A stretch of DNA of 63,050 nt, filler included, from Octopus bimaculoides (GCF_001194135.2; 6 parts of 6 records of this genome joined end to end with filler, not necessarily neighbours in it), one strand, 5' to 3'. Numbered from the whole stretch's first letter, positions 48,735 to 62,116 are shown. The notes: generated from the sequence alone by a model not told the origin. Translations and numbers: made by a program.

Positions 48735-49285
48735 AGGATTCACGCTTGCACCCACTATGGACATGAAAATCTGTATATTACGGGGAAACACTATGTTAAC
48801 TAACGAGGCGTTACTGTAAGGTGTGACTTATTGTCATAAGGATTAATTGGACTATTCTTTTTTGGACAGTACTATTCTTTTTTTTTTTTTTGATTGGTCT
48901 CATTTTCTTGAAACTTGCCGTGACAATCTATCATGCCAAGAATTCAACACGACTTTTAAAACATGGAATTTTATTACCAGATTTACCAGAAAGCTGGGGT
49001 GTCTCCCACAGTGCCAAAGAAATTAAAGGCCTACACTGATTAGATTTCTCCAACCAGTTGGATTGGACGATAAGGTTCAGTAGAATTCCCTCCGCATTCA
49101 CCGAAGATAAATTTAAGGTACAACACCGGAAACAGTCGACAAAGTGACGACAGCCATTGAACGAGAATGCGCTCAAAAACCGAACAAAATGAATCTTAAT
49201 ATTTGCAACTCCATTACTTTGCGTTATCAGTATATCGTGAACCAGAACCATCAACAGTTTGAAAACGAACGTTCATAAGAAATTA
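48735..49285 (+). pseudogene. Decayed IS630-Tc1-mariner transposase C-terminal fragment
   Basis: HENLYIT..GVTVRCDLLS*GLIGLFFF..IYQKAGVSPT..SWIGR*GSVEFPPHSP, with an internal deletion. Confidence 0.7.
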
Positions 49286-50294
49286 AACTCTAGATTTTTA
49301 TTTGTCATAAATTTTGAAAATGAAATATATTCTTATGAACNNNNNNNNNNNNNNNNNNNNNNNNNNNNNNNNNNNNNNNNNNNNNNNNNNNNNNNNNNNN
49401 NNNNNNNNNNNNNNNNNNNNNNNNNNNNNNNNNNNNNNNNNNNNNNNNNNNNNNNNNNNNNNNNNNNNNNNNNNNNNNNNNNNNNNNNNNNNNNNNNNNN
49501 NNNNNNNNNNNNNNNNNNNNNNNNNNNNNNNNNNNNNNNNNNNNNNNNNNNNNNNNNNNNNNNNNNNNNNNNNNNNNNNNNNNNNNNNNNNNNNNNNNNN
49601 NNNNNNNNNNNNNNNNNNNNNNNNNNNNNNNNNNNNNNNNNNNNNNNNNNNNNNNNNNNNNNNNNNNNNNNNNNNNNNNNNNNNNNNNNNNNNNNNNNNN
49701 NNNNNNNNNNNNNNNNNNNNNNNNNNNNNNNNNNNNNNNNNNNNNNNNNNNNNNNNNNNNNNNNNNNNNNNNNNNNNNNNNNNNNNNNNNNNNNNNNNNN
49801 NNNNNNNNNNNNNNNNNNNNNNNNNNNNNNNNNNNNNNNNNNNNNNNNNNNNNNNNNNNNNNNNNNNNNNNNNNNNNNNNNNNNNNNNNNNNNNNNNNNN
49901 NNNNNNNNNNNNNNNNNNNNNNNNNNNNNNNNNNNNNNNNNNNNNNNNNNNNNNNNNNNNNNNNNNNNNNNNNNNNNNNNNNNNNNNNNNNNNNNNNNNN
50001 NNNNNNNNNNNNNNNNNNNNNNNNNNNNNNNNNNNNNNNNNNNNNNNNNNNNNNNNNNNNNNNNNNNNNNNNNNNNNNNNNNNNNNNNNNNNNNNNNNNN
50101 NNNNNNNNNNNNNNNNNNNNNNNNNNNNNNNNNNNNNNNNNNNNNNNNNNNNNNNNNNNNNNNNNNNNNNNNNNNNNNNNNNNNNNNTGTACATATATGT
50201 ATGGATATATGCATATAACTATTTATTTATATTATTATATGATCGAACGCCACGCATCCTTTTCCAAGTAAGTTTTATCTATATATATATTAGT

Positions 50295-50491
50295 TTTAGA
50301 ATGGTGGCAGCTGATGAAGGAAATGTTCTCTATGTGGCCTGTGTGTTTTCGGTACTCTGTTTATGTTCTGTTTTTCATTTTTTCCACCTTTTTTGTGACG
50401 TCCTGTACCCATATATGCATCTATATATACATGTAGATGTAGGTATGGACATATATGTATGTATATATGCATGTACTCACATATTATTTGT

Positions 50492-50500
<9 letters not shown>
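50295..50500 (+). repeat. Unclassified dispersed repeat, copy 2 (see 38880-39150)
   Basis: Visual alignment with copy 1. Confidence 0.75.
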
Positions 50501-50587
<87 letters not shown>

Positions 50588-50783
50588 CATATATACATAC
50601 ATACATACATACATACATACTTGCATATAATTTCTCCGTGTTTTTGTTATAACCTCCTACTTATTCTCTTTGTTATTTATAGTTTGTTAAATCTCCTTTC
50701 TGAAGAGGCCAACGTATACCTGAATCGATATTACTTTTCCATGTTTAATTGTTTCTCACGTAATATTGTATCTCTCTCCCCAC

Positions 50784-50825
<42 letters not shown>

Positions 50826-50904
50826 CACTCACTGACTCTCTCCCTCTCCCTCTCTCNNNNNNNNNNGCACTCACTGACTCTCTCCCTCTCCCTCTCTCTC
50901 TCTC

Positions 50905-50940
<36 letters not shown>

Positions 50941-51261
50941 ACTCTCTCTTCGCTCTCTCGCTCTCTCTCGCACACATTTTCTTTTTATTATTTTCGTAAG
51001 ATAGATTTATTATTACCTTAATATGCTTTCTTACGAATAAATCACTTCTTTCTTATAGTTCCTCTTATTTTTATATGAGGTGATAAACTAAAGGTAATAA
51101 ATATGCTCGGTCGCGAAGGAAAAAAAGCGATCTCAATGAAATTAATAAAATAAAATCGTTCTTTAACGAAATAACCATTCTCCTCTAGGGTTTTTTTTTT
51201 CTTTCTCTTCTGTCTCCCTTCTCCATCTCGCTTTCTCCCTTTCTCTTTCTCCCACTTGCTT

Positions 51262-51303
<42 letters not shown>

Positions 51304-51712
51304 CCACTCTCTCTTCGCTCTCTCTCTTTCTCTGTTTCGCTTTCTCTTCTTGGAGAGATAGTAATAAATATACTTGTTCCTTCCAACGAGAGAAATGAAA
51401 TAAAGAGATAAAGGGCTAAATTTATTTTCTTATGAAATAATAAATTTGATGTAATGTTAGTATAAGGAAATAAATAAAATACTCCTGAAGTAAAACAAAT
51501 AAGTACCATTGATATAATGCTTTTATAATAACATCAACAATCTTAAGAACTACCTGTCAGTCCTTGTGTTTCGTGTCTTGTATTGTTTCTCTAACCCCTC
51601 TCTCTTTCTCTCTTTATTTTCCTTTTAGTGCGACAGATTAAAATAAATCATACATAAACACACGCACACATTCATATATGTGTATGTAAGTATGTATGTA
51701 TGCATGTGCTTG

Positions 51713-51803
<91 letters not shown>

Positions 51804-51894
51804 NNNNNNNNNNNNNNNNNNNNNNNNNNNNNNNNNNNNNNNNNNNNNNNNNNNNNNNNNNNNNNNNNNNNNNNNNNNNNNNNNNNNNNNNNNN

Positions 51895-51977
<83 letters not shown>

Positions 51978-52698
51978 GTGTATGTATGTATGTGTGTATG
52001 TATGTATTATGTATGTATGTATGTATATCAAGGTCTCTTTGTACTGTCTTTTTCTTACTGTTTTTTTTTTCTCTGTATTTTCTTCATACTAAGATCAGAT
52101 TAAATTAAAAACATACTCTCCTTGATAAAAGTATATAAATTTCCTTACGAACATTAATAAAGAGAAAGAAGCCGACAAATCCAAATTTATGAACGAACAA
52201 CTTAAGGTAAATATTATTTAGAAAATGAGACATAACTGGCAGTGAAAAACGTCACTTTTTCCTCGTAGCATGGATTCTGGCTGAACAATATCCGTCCAAC
52301 AATCTAACTGCAAAAGCTCTTATGAGTTAAAGATAAGACCAGAGATCACTGACTCAAACTGAGAGGAGATACGAATTTGTACGTTCTTATGCTCCTATGT
52401 ATTCAAATCTAAACCTGATACTCAGGGTTATAAAAAAATGAAGAAGATAAAAACACGGGGAAAGAAACTAATAAAGAAAATTCTGCTAGTAGAGATCGAG
52501 AAGGATGAAGTTGGCGTCCTGAGTAAACGAGAGGCTGAAAGGGACGATATGGTCACATTCGTTCCCAATTCTGCCTCTGAAGTGAAGGATTTGGACAAAA
52601 TGAAATCAACGTTATCGCAACAGACAAACACAAGAAAAAGAGAAAAAAGAACCCTTTGGAAGTGCAAGAGGCCTACCAATGACTATAATAGGTCTGTT

Positions 52699-53089
52699 GG
52701 TGGTTGGCACTCCGTCGGTTACGACGACGAGGGTTCCAGTTGATCCGATCAACGAAACAGCCTGCTCGTGAAATTAACGTGCAAGTAGCTGAGCACTCCA
52801 CAGACACGTGTACCCTTAACGTAGTTCTCGGGGAGATTCAGCGTGACACAGAGTGTGACAAGGTCGGCCCTTTGAAATACAGGTATAACAGAAATAGGAA
52901 GAAAGAGTGAGAGAAAGTTGTGGTGAAAGAGTACAGCAGGGTTCGCCACCATCTCCTGCCGGAGCCTCGTGGAGCTTTTTAGGTGTTTTCGCTCAAAATA
53001 AACACTCACAATGCCCGGTCTGGGAATCGAAACTGCGATCCTACGACCACGAGTCCGCTGCCCTAACCACTGGGCCATTGTGCTTCCAC
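52699..53089 (-). mobile_element. SINE family C, full length, 12-bp TSD
   Basis: AATAGGTCTGTT duplicated at 52687-52698 and 53090-53101; matches 25969-26347. Confidence 0.95.
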
Positions 53090-53392
53090 AATAGGTCTGT
53101 TATGAAGGATAAAAATACGAATAAAAATTACAATAAAAAACATAATATAAAAAAGTAAAGATACCAGAAAAATAATATGCAGAGTTCGAAACCCCTGTCG
53201 GTTTAAGAAGTACCACAACCTACAAGAATGCAGAAAATCAAACTTAAGATACCCGATTACTTTCGGATCACCGGGAAAGGGGCACTGCTAGGAAATAAGG
53301 GTCACGAGCAAACACCCTTAATCTTTCCACGTGAGAAAGCTATATGCAGATGTACTTCGAAATGCGGCATCCAAGCAGCAAATTTGTATGTA

Positions 53393-53470
53393 TGCATGTA
53401 TGTATGTATGTATGTATGGATGGATGGATGGATGGATGGATGGATGGATGGATGGATGGATGGATGGATG
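53393..53470. repeat. (TATG)n(GGAT)n microsatellite
   Basis: Read directly. Confidence 0.95.
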
Positions 53471-54352
53471 TAGGTATTCTTGTATGTACGTCTTTTTGTA
53501 TGTATTTCTATATGTAAGTATGTATGTATGTATGTATGTATGTTATCAATCAGTTTCATTTCTGTATTTCTTGTCCATAGAGAAAGAGCCGGACTCTAAC
53601 ATAGATTCAAGGCTCCTTCATTGGAACTTTTATCAACATCATCTAGGTATTTGTGCATATGTGTGTGTGTGCAGTATTTGGTGTTAGTGTATGCGCAGAT
53701 TTGTATGTTTGTTTTATGGATGCGTTTTTATATTCTTGTATGTATGTCTTTTTGTATGTATTTCTATATGTATGCATGTACGTATGTAAGTATGCATATG
53801 TGTGTGAGTGTGTGTGTGTGTGTAGAGAGAGAGAGAAAGGTATATATATACATATCATTGTGTATATGGGTAAATGTACATGTATGTGTGTGCCCCTGTG
53901 TTTCAGAGATATAATCCTAGCAGTTGAATTTTCTTTTGNNNNNNNNNNNNNNNNNNNNNNNNNNNNNNNNNNNNNNNNNNNNNNNNNNNNNNNNNNNNNN
54001 NNNNNNNNNNNNNNNNNNNNNNNNNNNNNNNNNNNNNNNNNNNNNNNNNNNNNNNNNNNNNNNNNNNNNNNNNNNNNNNNNNNNNNNNNNNNNNNNNNNN
54101 NNNNNNNNNNNNNNNNNNNNNNNNNNNNNNNNNNNNNNNNNNNNNNNNNNNNNNNNNNNNNNNNNNNNNNNNNNNNNNNNNNNNNNNNNNNNNNNNNNNN
54201 NNNNNNNNNNNNNNNNNNNNNNNNNNNNNNNNNNNNNNNNNNNNNNNNNNNNNNNNNNNNNNNNNNNNNNNNNNNNNNNNNNNNNNNNNNNNNNNNNNNN
54301 NNNNNNNNNNNNNNNNNNNNNNNNNNNNNNNNNNNNNNNNNNNNNNNNNNTG

Positions 54353-54495
54353 TGCTTATAAAGCAGTCAGGAAATGAGAGTAACCCATTTAGCTCCCTGC
54401 CGTTTATATCAGATGACTGGGATTTTCTAAGGGAACTGAGGAGGAAACTCTTCACTCTTGCATTTAGTACAATTTACCCGTATTTAATTGACAAA
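54353..54495 (+). repeat. Copy 2 of the 45625-45770 repeat
   Basis: Visual alignment with copy 1. Confidence 0.7.
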
Positions 54496-54748
54496 ATCGA
54501 AATGAATTCACCACATGATGAACGTACGCAGTAATACACCTACGCTCAAGCAAACACGCACATCGCACACACACACACACACTCACACACACACACACAT
54601 ACACCTTCATAGACGTACACACCCACACATAAATATGTGTGGTGCGGTGTGGTATGGTGTGGTGTGGTTTGGTGTGCTGTGGTGTATGTGTGTGTTTGCG
54701 TGTGTGTGTGCAAGAATGTATGTGTATATATAGATCCAAATATAAATG

Positions 54749-54792
<44 letters not shown>

Positions 54793-55035
54793 GGAGAGAG
54801 AGGGGAGAGAGAGAGGAGAGAGAGAGGAGAGGGGGAGAGAGAGGGGAGAGAGAGAGAAAAGAGTAAGAAATACAAACATATAAACGGAAATACATGCTTA
54901 TATATTCATATATATATATATATACACACACACACATATAATATATATATATATATATGCGCGCGCGCGCGCGTGTATGTATGAGTGTGCATATGTGTGT
55001 TTATGTATATATAACAGACAGACAGACAGACAGAC

Positions 55036-55072
<37 letters not shown>

Positions 55073-55529
55073 TACACACAGGTATGACACATACTCACGT
55101 AAAACTACAGACTTACATAGACATCAAGACATCCGCTCAAGTAAACGAACACCGTCTACACACGCACACACATACACATACACGAACACAAGTAAATGTA
55201 CACACGCACACGAACAAACATTTTCACCTCTGGTCTTTCGCGAGTCATCGAAACGTGACTAACACAGTTCTGAAACCATAAAAACCAAGAAGCATTAACA
55301 GCTGATAAATGATGGAACAAGCTATTGGTGCACCACCTTCTTACGATGTCATAAACCTTACAGTTAGTTACACATTCAGCGAATTAAATGTTTATTGACT
55401 GAAATAGGATATTAGAAACACTATTTTTGCTTCTGTTTTTTTTTCTTCTTCTACTTCGTATTTTATGAGTCACAATTAATAGAAATTCAAACAACTAGAA
55501 AAGTTTTATGTTATTAACATAGGTAGTTT

Positions 55530-55751
55530 CATACCGGTTTCAAATTTTGGAACAAAGCCAGCAATTTCGGGAAAGGCGTATAAGGCAATTACACCGTCCC
55601 CAATGCGTAACCGGTACTTATTTTATCGACTCCGAATGGATGGAAGGCAAAGTCGATATCGGTGGTCTTTGAACTCAACGTAAAAACAGGCGAAATGACG
55701 CTAAGCATTTCGCCTGGCGTGCTAACGATTCTGCCAGCTCACCGCCTAAGT

Positions 55752-55805
<54 letters not shown>

Positions 55806-55968
55806 CCTTTCTACTAAAGGCACAAGACCTGAAATTTGTGGGGAGGGGAGTAGTCGGATTACATCGACCCCAGTATTTCACTGCTACGGTATTTGAACTC
55901 CGAACATAAGGACAGACGAAATGACGCTAAGCATTTTGTCCGACGTGCCTAACGATTCTGCCAACCCT
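55530..55968 (-). mobile_element. Two tandem SINE family B copies separated by (TAA)n
   Basis: 55530-55748 and 55805-55968, each with aagcattt..gctaacgattctgcca head sequence. Confidence 0.85.
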
Positions 55969-56223
55969 ACGGACGTTTCATATATCTTGTAGCTGATTTC
56001 AAATCTTACCAGACTTATTTTTCTCTGTCTCCTTTTATGGTTGTGAACGCTTTGTGACTGCATAAGAAAACTTAGATTTAACCTGGTGTTTTAGGTTCGA
56101 TTCTACTGCTTGCTTTACTTCGGTTTTATTCTTGCATTTTTTCAGTCATACGCAGTCACACGCGCACATCGTGATGCGTCTGTGAGTGTGCCAGTACAGA
56201 AACATAGATACATACATACATAC

Positions 56224-56255
<32 letters not shown>

Positions 56256-56261
<6 letters not shown>

Positions 56262-56512
56262 TGTAGTATATTGTCAACTTAATGTGACAATCCCAATAAG
56301 GGAACACACTACTGCCGTTTAGCCCTAGGAAGCTGAACCTCTTCCTGTCGGCCTTGACACAATTACTGTGTCCTTAAGTTTGCGAGGGGGAGACAAGCTC
56401 CTCCACTCAGCCTAGCCAGCATTCAGGGACATGTTTCTGAGTCTTTGCTCGTCATCAGCCTGAAGTAGCTTGCCAGCTGGATAGAGAAGCCTGTTTCGCC
56501 TTCGCAAACTTA
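56256..56512 (-). mobile_element. 3' end of a structured, hammerhead-bearing retroelement (PLE pseudo-LTR or retrozyme-like)
   Basis: Long hairpin with a hammerhead at its apex, then three short hairpins; ends at (TA)n; terminus shared with 14428-14575. Confidence 0.6.
56422..56464 (-). ncRNA. Type-I hammerhead ribozyme motif, intact core
   Basis: TTCAGG-CTGATGA-CGAG(CAAAGA)CTCA-GAAA-C(AT)GTC-CCTGAA; perfect 6-bp stem I, palindromic ACATGT stem III, GUC site; C-A mismatch at the base of stem II. Confidence 0.75.
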
Positions 56513-57132
56513 TNNNNNNNNNNNNNNNNNNNNNNNNNNNNNNNNNNNNNNNNNNNNNNNNNNNNNNNNNNNNNNNNNNNNNNNNNNNNNNNNNNNNNNN
56601 NNNNNNNNNNNNNNNNNNNNNNNNNNNNNNNNNNNNNNNNNNNNNNNNNNNNNNNNNNNNNNNNNNNNNNNNNNNNNNNNNNNNNNNNNNNNNNNNNNNN
56701 NNNNNNNNNNNNNNNNNNNNNNNNNNNNNNNNNNNNNNNNNNNNNNNNNNNNNNNNNNNNNNNNNNNNNNNNNNNNNNNNNNNNNNNNNNNNNNNNNNNN
56801 NNNNNNNNNNNNNNNNNNNNNNNNNNNNNNNNNNNNNNNNNNNNNNNNNNNNNNNNNNNNNNNNNNNNNNNNNNNNNNNNNNNNNNNNNNNNNNNNNNNN
56901 NNNNNNNNNNNNNNNNNNNNNNNNNNNNNNNNNNNNNNNNNNNNNNNNNNNNNNNNNNNNNNNNNNNNNNNNNNNNNNNNNNNNNNNNNNNNNNNNNNNN
57001 NNNNNNNNNNNNNNNNNNNNNNNNNNNNNNNNNNNNNNNNNNNNNNNNNNNNNNNNNNNNNNNNNNNNNNNNNNNNNNNNNNNNNNNNNNNNNNNNNNNN
57101 NNNNNNNNNNNNNNNNNNNNNNNNNNNNNNNN

Positions 57133-58147
57133 TACCATTACAATCAACACATTTTTGCCAACGAGATACAAGTTTGTTTATTCCGGTAACATGAAAATCT
57201 GGAGTTCTGAAACTGATGAACTCTTTGAACGCACTTTCAGCATCGGTTTGATTTTTTAACTCCTTCTCTCGCAGGAAACCATCAAGATGCTTGAAGAAGT
57301 GGTAGTCGGTAGGAGAAAGGTCTGGGGAATAAGCTGGGCGGGGAAGAACTTCGTAGCCAAATTCCCTCAACTTCTGGAGCGTCGTTAGTGAAACGTGTGG
57401 TCGAGCATTGTCATGAAGGATGATTTGCCCTCTTCTGTTGACCAGTCTGGGACGGTGGAGTAGCAGTTTTTCGTTCATTTTGGCAATTTCATGGCAATAT
57501 GTTTCTGCAATAATGTTTTTTTTTTCTTCCGGGTTTTAAGAAGTATTAGTGGATGAGCCTAGCAGTATACCACCAGTCATCATAAACTTTTTTGTAGAAG
57601 AGCTCGGGTTTAGGGAAGGTTTTCGGAGCTTCATTTTTGTTCAACCACTACGAAGAAGGTTTTTTTTTAAATTATTGTACAGAATCTACTTTTCATGGCA
57701 AGTTACAATATGGTCGAGAAATGGATCGGTCTCATTACGGAGAAGCGACGAGCAAATTCCATATCTGCGCATTTTCTAATTTTCATTCAAATCGTGTAGT
57801 ACCCATTTATCGAGATTTTTTGATTTTCCAATCGCATGCAAATGGCTGCAGGTAATTTTCTGGCTAACTTGAAATTTTTTGCGTTCTCGGGTGGTTTTAC
57901 GTGGATCATTCTCAATGACGGTCTTTAATTGACCGTCAACAATGACAGATAAGCGTCCACTACGCTCACGATCTTCCAGGCTCAGGTTTGCACTGCGAAA
58001 TCGTTTAAACCATTTTCGAGCTGACCACTCACTAGTCATTTCCTTACCAAACGTTTCGTTGATATGGCGAGCAGTTTCAGCTGCTTTACATCCTTTTTTG
58101 AAGTTGAATAGCAAAATTGCTTGACTATTGCGCTCTGACAGTTCCAT
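57133..58147 (-). pseudogene. Mariner DD34D transposase, inactivated
   Basis: MELSERN..WFKRFRSANLSLEDRERSGR..KWVLHDL..LHDNARPHVS..HPAYSPDL-like RPAYSPDLSPTDYHFF; 34-residue D-D spacing; stops and frameshifts; 3' end in a gap. Confidence 0.92.
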
Positions 58148-58589
58148 TTCAGATGATTGTAACAACGATTTCTTTATTATCCTCAAGGGACTCTCAGATA
58201 TAAGTGGGAACGAAAAAAGACAACCGAATGGGAAAAATGAAAAAATGAATAATGGAATGGAATGAAGCCACTCGACCCAACATCCGAGTGACTTCATTTA
58301 CACGCTTTCTACTTTAAAAAAATTTTTTTTTTACAAACTTATTATCAAGATAGTTTAACTTCGGTGGCAACTTACTTGCGTCTGTTGTCACGCCTATGTC
58401 CAATGTTTCTGTCCCAGAATTTTCCATTATACCAAAACACTTTTGGGGTGGGGAGTTTGGGGTACCTGTTTGTTTGTGTTATTGTCTATGTTAGGAGAGA
58501 CAGTGGGGTTGGTAACTGCAGGGTGAGGGTGTGACAGCATGGGATCGGGTGGCAGTGAGGTGGGAGTAGAGTGAGGATTCACATTCTTT

Positions 58590-59060
58590 TCCTCAGACAT
58601 TATTTAGCTTTTCCCCTTCTTTTAGCTTGTGTCCATTCCTGCTCTTCTTCTTTCCCAGGCTCCTCCTCGCTGGTAGACGACTTCGCTAGAGGTAGAGGTG
58701 CGACTCTTTCTTTTGATTCCTTTACTCTGGATGGAGGGCATTCTACCTAAATGTGGCCTTTTTAATGATAATAACAGAATCAATAATATAGGCGATTGCA
58801 GGCCTATATTATTCACATGAATCAGTTGCTCCGTATTGAAATTATTTTCACACTGATGGCTGCCATGATTCGGTGCAAAACGAATTAGTTGCAGTGCAGA
58901 CTTAAACATGACGGGTTGGGGCTTTCCATCATGGTAAAGCGTGCTGAGGAAGGTAAGGCAATAATGCCAGCCCAGAAAACGGTCCACGGGAGTCCAAATA
59001 CTTGAATGTATGTTGAGAGATTGTCTTAGCCCGTTTCCCGCAGACGGTTGATTTTTGAAG
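58590..59060 (-). mobile_element. Possible decayed LINE ORF1-like remnant
   Basis: Mixed frames give YIQVFGLPW.. and EEPGKEEEQEWTQAKRRGKAK*; no firm family assignment. Confidence 0.25.
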
Positions 59061-60235
59061 TCATTATCAGTGTCTTTTTTGGCGTTTTAAATAAGAGTTT
59101 TGACTGTTTCTTTCCAGCAGGTAGACGTACTTAGTATGTCCTTTTATTAATTTTAACCCTTCAACTATTTAATGTTTTTTTGATCTGCAATCGCCTATAT
59201 TAATGATTGCGTTGTTATCATTTTTAATTGTTACACTAGATAATAACAGAGTTAATAGTATCTTCGCAAATATTNNNNNNNNNNNNNNNNNNNNNNNNNN
59301 NNNNNNNNNNNNNNNNNNNNNNNNNNNNNNNNNNNNNNNNNNNNNNNNNNNNNNNNNNNNNNNNNNNNNNNNNNNNNNNNNNNNNNNNNNNNNNNNNNNN
59401 NNNNNNNNNNNNNNNNNNNNNNNNNNNNNNNNNNNNNNNNNNNNNNNNNNNNNNNNNNNNNNNNNNNNNNNNNNNNNNNNNNNNNNNNNNNNNNNNNNNN
59501 NNNNNNNNNNNNNNNNNNNNNNNNNNNNNNNNNNNNNNNNNNNNNNNNNNNNNNNNNNNNNNNNNNNNNNNNNNNNNNNNNNNNNNNNNNNNNNNNNNNN
59601 NNNNNNNNNNNNNNNNNNNNNNNNNNNNNNNNNNNNNNNNNNNNNNNNNNNNNNNNNNNNNNNNNNNNNNNNNNNNNNNNNNNNNNNNNNNNNNNNNNNN
59701 NNNNNNNNNNNNNNNNNNNNNNNNNNNNNNNNNNNNNNNNNNNNNNNNNNNNNNNNNNNNNNNNNNNNNNNNNNNNNNNNNNNNNNNNNNNNNNNNNNNN
59801 NNNNNNNNNNNNNNNNNNNNNNNNNNNNNNNNNNNNNNNNNNNNNNNNNNNNNNNNNNNNNNNNNNNNNNNNNNNNNNNNNNNNNNNNNNNNNNNNNNNN
59901 NNNNNNNNNNNNNNNNNNNNNNNNNNNNNNNNNNNNNNNNNNNNNNNNNNNNNNNNNNNNNNNNNNNNNNNNNNNNNNNNNNNNNNNNNNNNNNNNNNNN
60001 NNNNNNNNNNNNNNNNNNNNNNNNNNNNNNNNNNNNNNNNNNNNNNNNNNNNNNNNNNNNNNNNNNNNNNNNNNNNNNNNNNNNNNNNNNNNNNNNNNNN
60101 NNNNNNNNNNNNNNNNNNNNNNNNNNNNNNNNNNNNNNNNNNNNNNNNNNNNNNNNNNNNNNNNNNNNNNNNNNNNNNNNNNNNNNNNNNNNNNNNNNNN
60201 NNNNNNNNNNNNNNNNNNNNNNNNNNNNNNNNNNN

Positions 60236-60430
60236 GTTTGTCCCACCACCAGCATTGCTTGACAACCGATGTTGGTGCGTTTGCGTCCCTGGAATTTAGC
60301 TGAAGAGACTGATAAAAAAGCACCAGGCTTACAGGGAATAAGTCCAGGGGTCAATAACTTCGACTAAAGAGTGGTGCTCCAGCATAGCCACCGTCAAATG
60401 ACTGAAACAAGTAAAAGAATAAAAGAATAC
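60236..60430 (+). mobile_element. SINE family A 3' half
   Basis: ttgcttgacaaccgatg..gtgctccagcat..gactgaaacaagtaaaagaataaaagaat. Confidence 0.85.
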
Positions 60431-60607
60431 AAGAAAAACGTTCCGTACCACTAAACCAAGAAACTTCTTTAAACATGTACGATGTATTTTAAGGTTAAAT
60501 AGTAATTCTGTTTACGTTTGTGTAACAGAGATATTTTGTTTGGATTATATAGTCCTTGGTGTTACGTCACTTTCTATATCTGTAACTGTTACAATATACT
60601 TTTATAG

Positions 60608-60745
60608 GCCTGAAATGTTTGTGGAAAGGGGGACAATTGATTAAATCAACTCCAGTACACAACTGGTACTTAATTTATCGACCCCGAAAGGACGAAAGGT
60701 AAAGTTGACTTCGGAAGAATTTGAACTTAGAACGTAAAGATAGAC
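60608..60745 (-). mobile_element. SINE family B fragment
   Basis: ggtacttaatttatcgaccccgaaaggacgaaagg..gaatttgaacttagaacg. Confidence 0.75.
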
Positions 60746-60840
60746 GGTCATAACATGCAAACATTTCTCATGGCACCAGTACACTGTTTATAGATGATTA
60801 CAGTTTTTGTTTCACGTGATTTTTTCACAGGTCTAGCTAG

Positions 60841-60885
<45 letters not shown>

Positions 60886-61066
60886 GGGTTGGTATGTGGA
60901 AGCACGTCATTGGATGTATAAGAGACAAAANNNNNNNNNNNNNNNNNNNNNNNNNNNNNNNNNNNNNNNNNNNNTTAATTAATTAANNNNNNNNNNNNNN
61001 NNNNNNNNNNNNNNNNNNNNNNNNNNNNNNACATGTATACATATATACATACATTATATATATATA

Positions 61067-61108
<42 letters not shown>

Positions 61109-62035
61109 CACTGACACACATATTACATCTGTATTCGTACAATTCCGAAAAAAAAAGACATATCACGGTTTTTGCATCAAACTTTTCGTAGTACCAGATA
61201 TAATCAATTCGTCTATTAAAGTTGCTGGTTGGTCGTTGTTAGGCTTTATCGACGTAAGTTGCCATGTGACATCTGTTAATTCAATATTGGTAGATACCAT
61301 AATGTAATCTCTTTAATGTTCACCAGAATCCTTAGTTCATTCCTGTACCGAATCGCAATTTTTAGTATTTAGGTTAGTGTTTTTTCAGATAATATATTCC
61401 CGGATTTATTCTAAACTCTCTTCTGTTATCTGTGACGTATTACGGGATGACAGTTTTCCAAAAAATACTTATTCAGAAATACCTGCGATGAATGTAATTA
61501 CTACATTAGACTATAATCAAAGACTTTTCGTCCACTGCAATGTTAATCCACGCATTTGTCTATGTGGAATTTCTCTAATAAATGCCCAAAACACACATTC
61601 TAAAACTAGTAATTTTTTCCAGAGTATAACATAGTTAAAACGGAACTATAAAAAAAGAAGTGTTTCTAACCAGAATAAATCCCACCACCACCACAGCCAC
61701 CAATCTATCGCTATCTCTCACTATAATAATAATGGAGTTTTTACAACAGAGACCAACACCAAAATCAATTTCGCTCGTTTTGGGGGAAGTAATTTGTCGA
61801 TACAGACATCTTAAAAAGTACATCATCTTTTGTAGACTAGTTTTTATTCCAAAACATTTGAAATCCTAAACAAGGAATAATTTTGCATACAGTGTTCTTT
61901 CATATAATAATCGATTCCATTTCCAATCTATTACATTTTATTTCAACGGCAGGCTATTTTAAAAGCCAACACATCGACGTTGTCTTTCATAGGTCTCAAC
62001 ATGTAGTTGTACTTCTATTTACATATATTTTACAG

Positions 62036-62116
62036 CTGCCGGAATACACAGAATTAGATGTCGCTATGTAAATTCGAATTCCTCCGAAGTGAAAACTGTT
62101 TGTCAATATTCTAATA
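62036..62116 (+). CDS. Candidate 81-nt symmetric phase-1 exon (AGIHRIRCRYVNSNSSEVKTVCQYSN)
   Basis: ttttacAG acceptor, GTAAGT donor, open only in phase 1; no homology recognised. Confidence 0.25.

Noticed and set aside
52438-52743. 101-aa charged ORF
   Set aside because: No recognisable domain or splice signals; its end is SINE sequence.
54955-54985. (TA)n(GC)n(TG) potential Z-DNA and long CT/GA tracts as functional non-B DNA
   Set aside because: Ubiquitous in this window, with nothing linking these instances to function.
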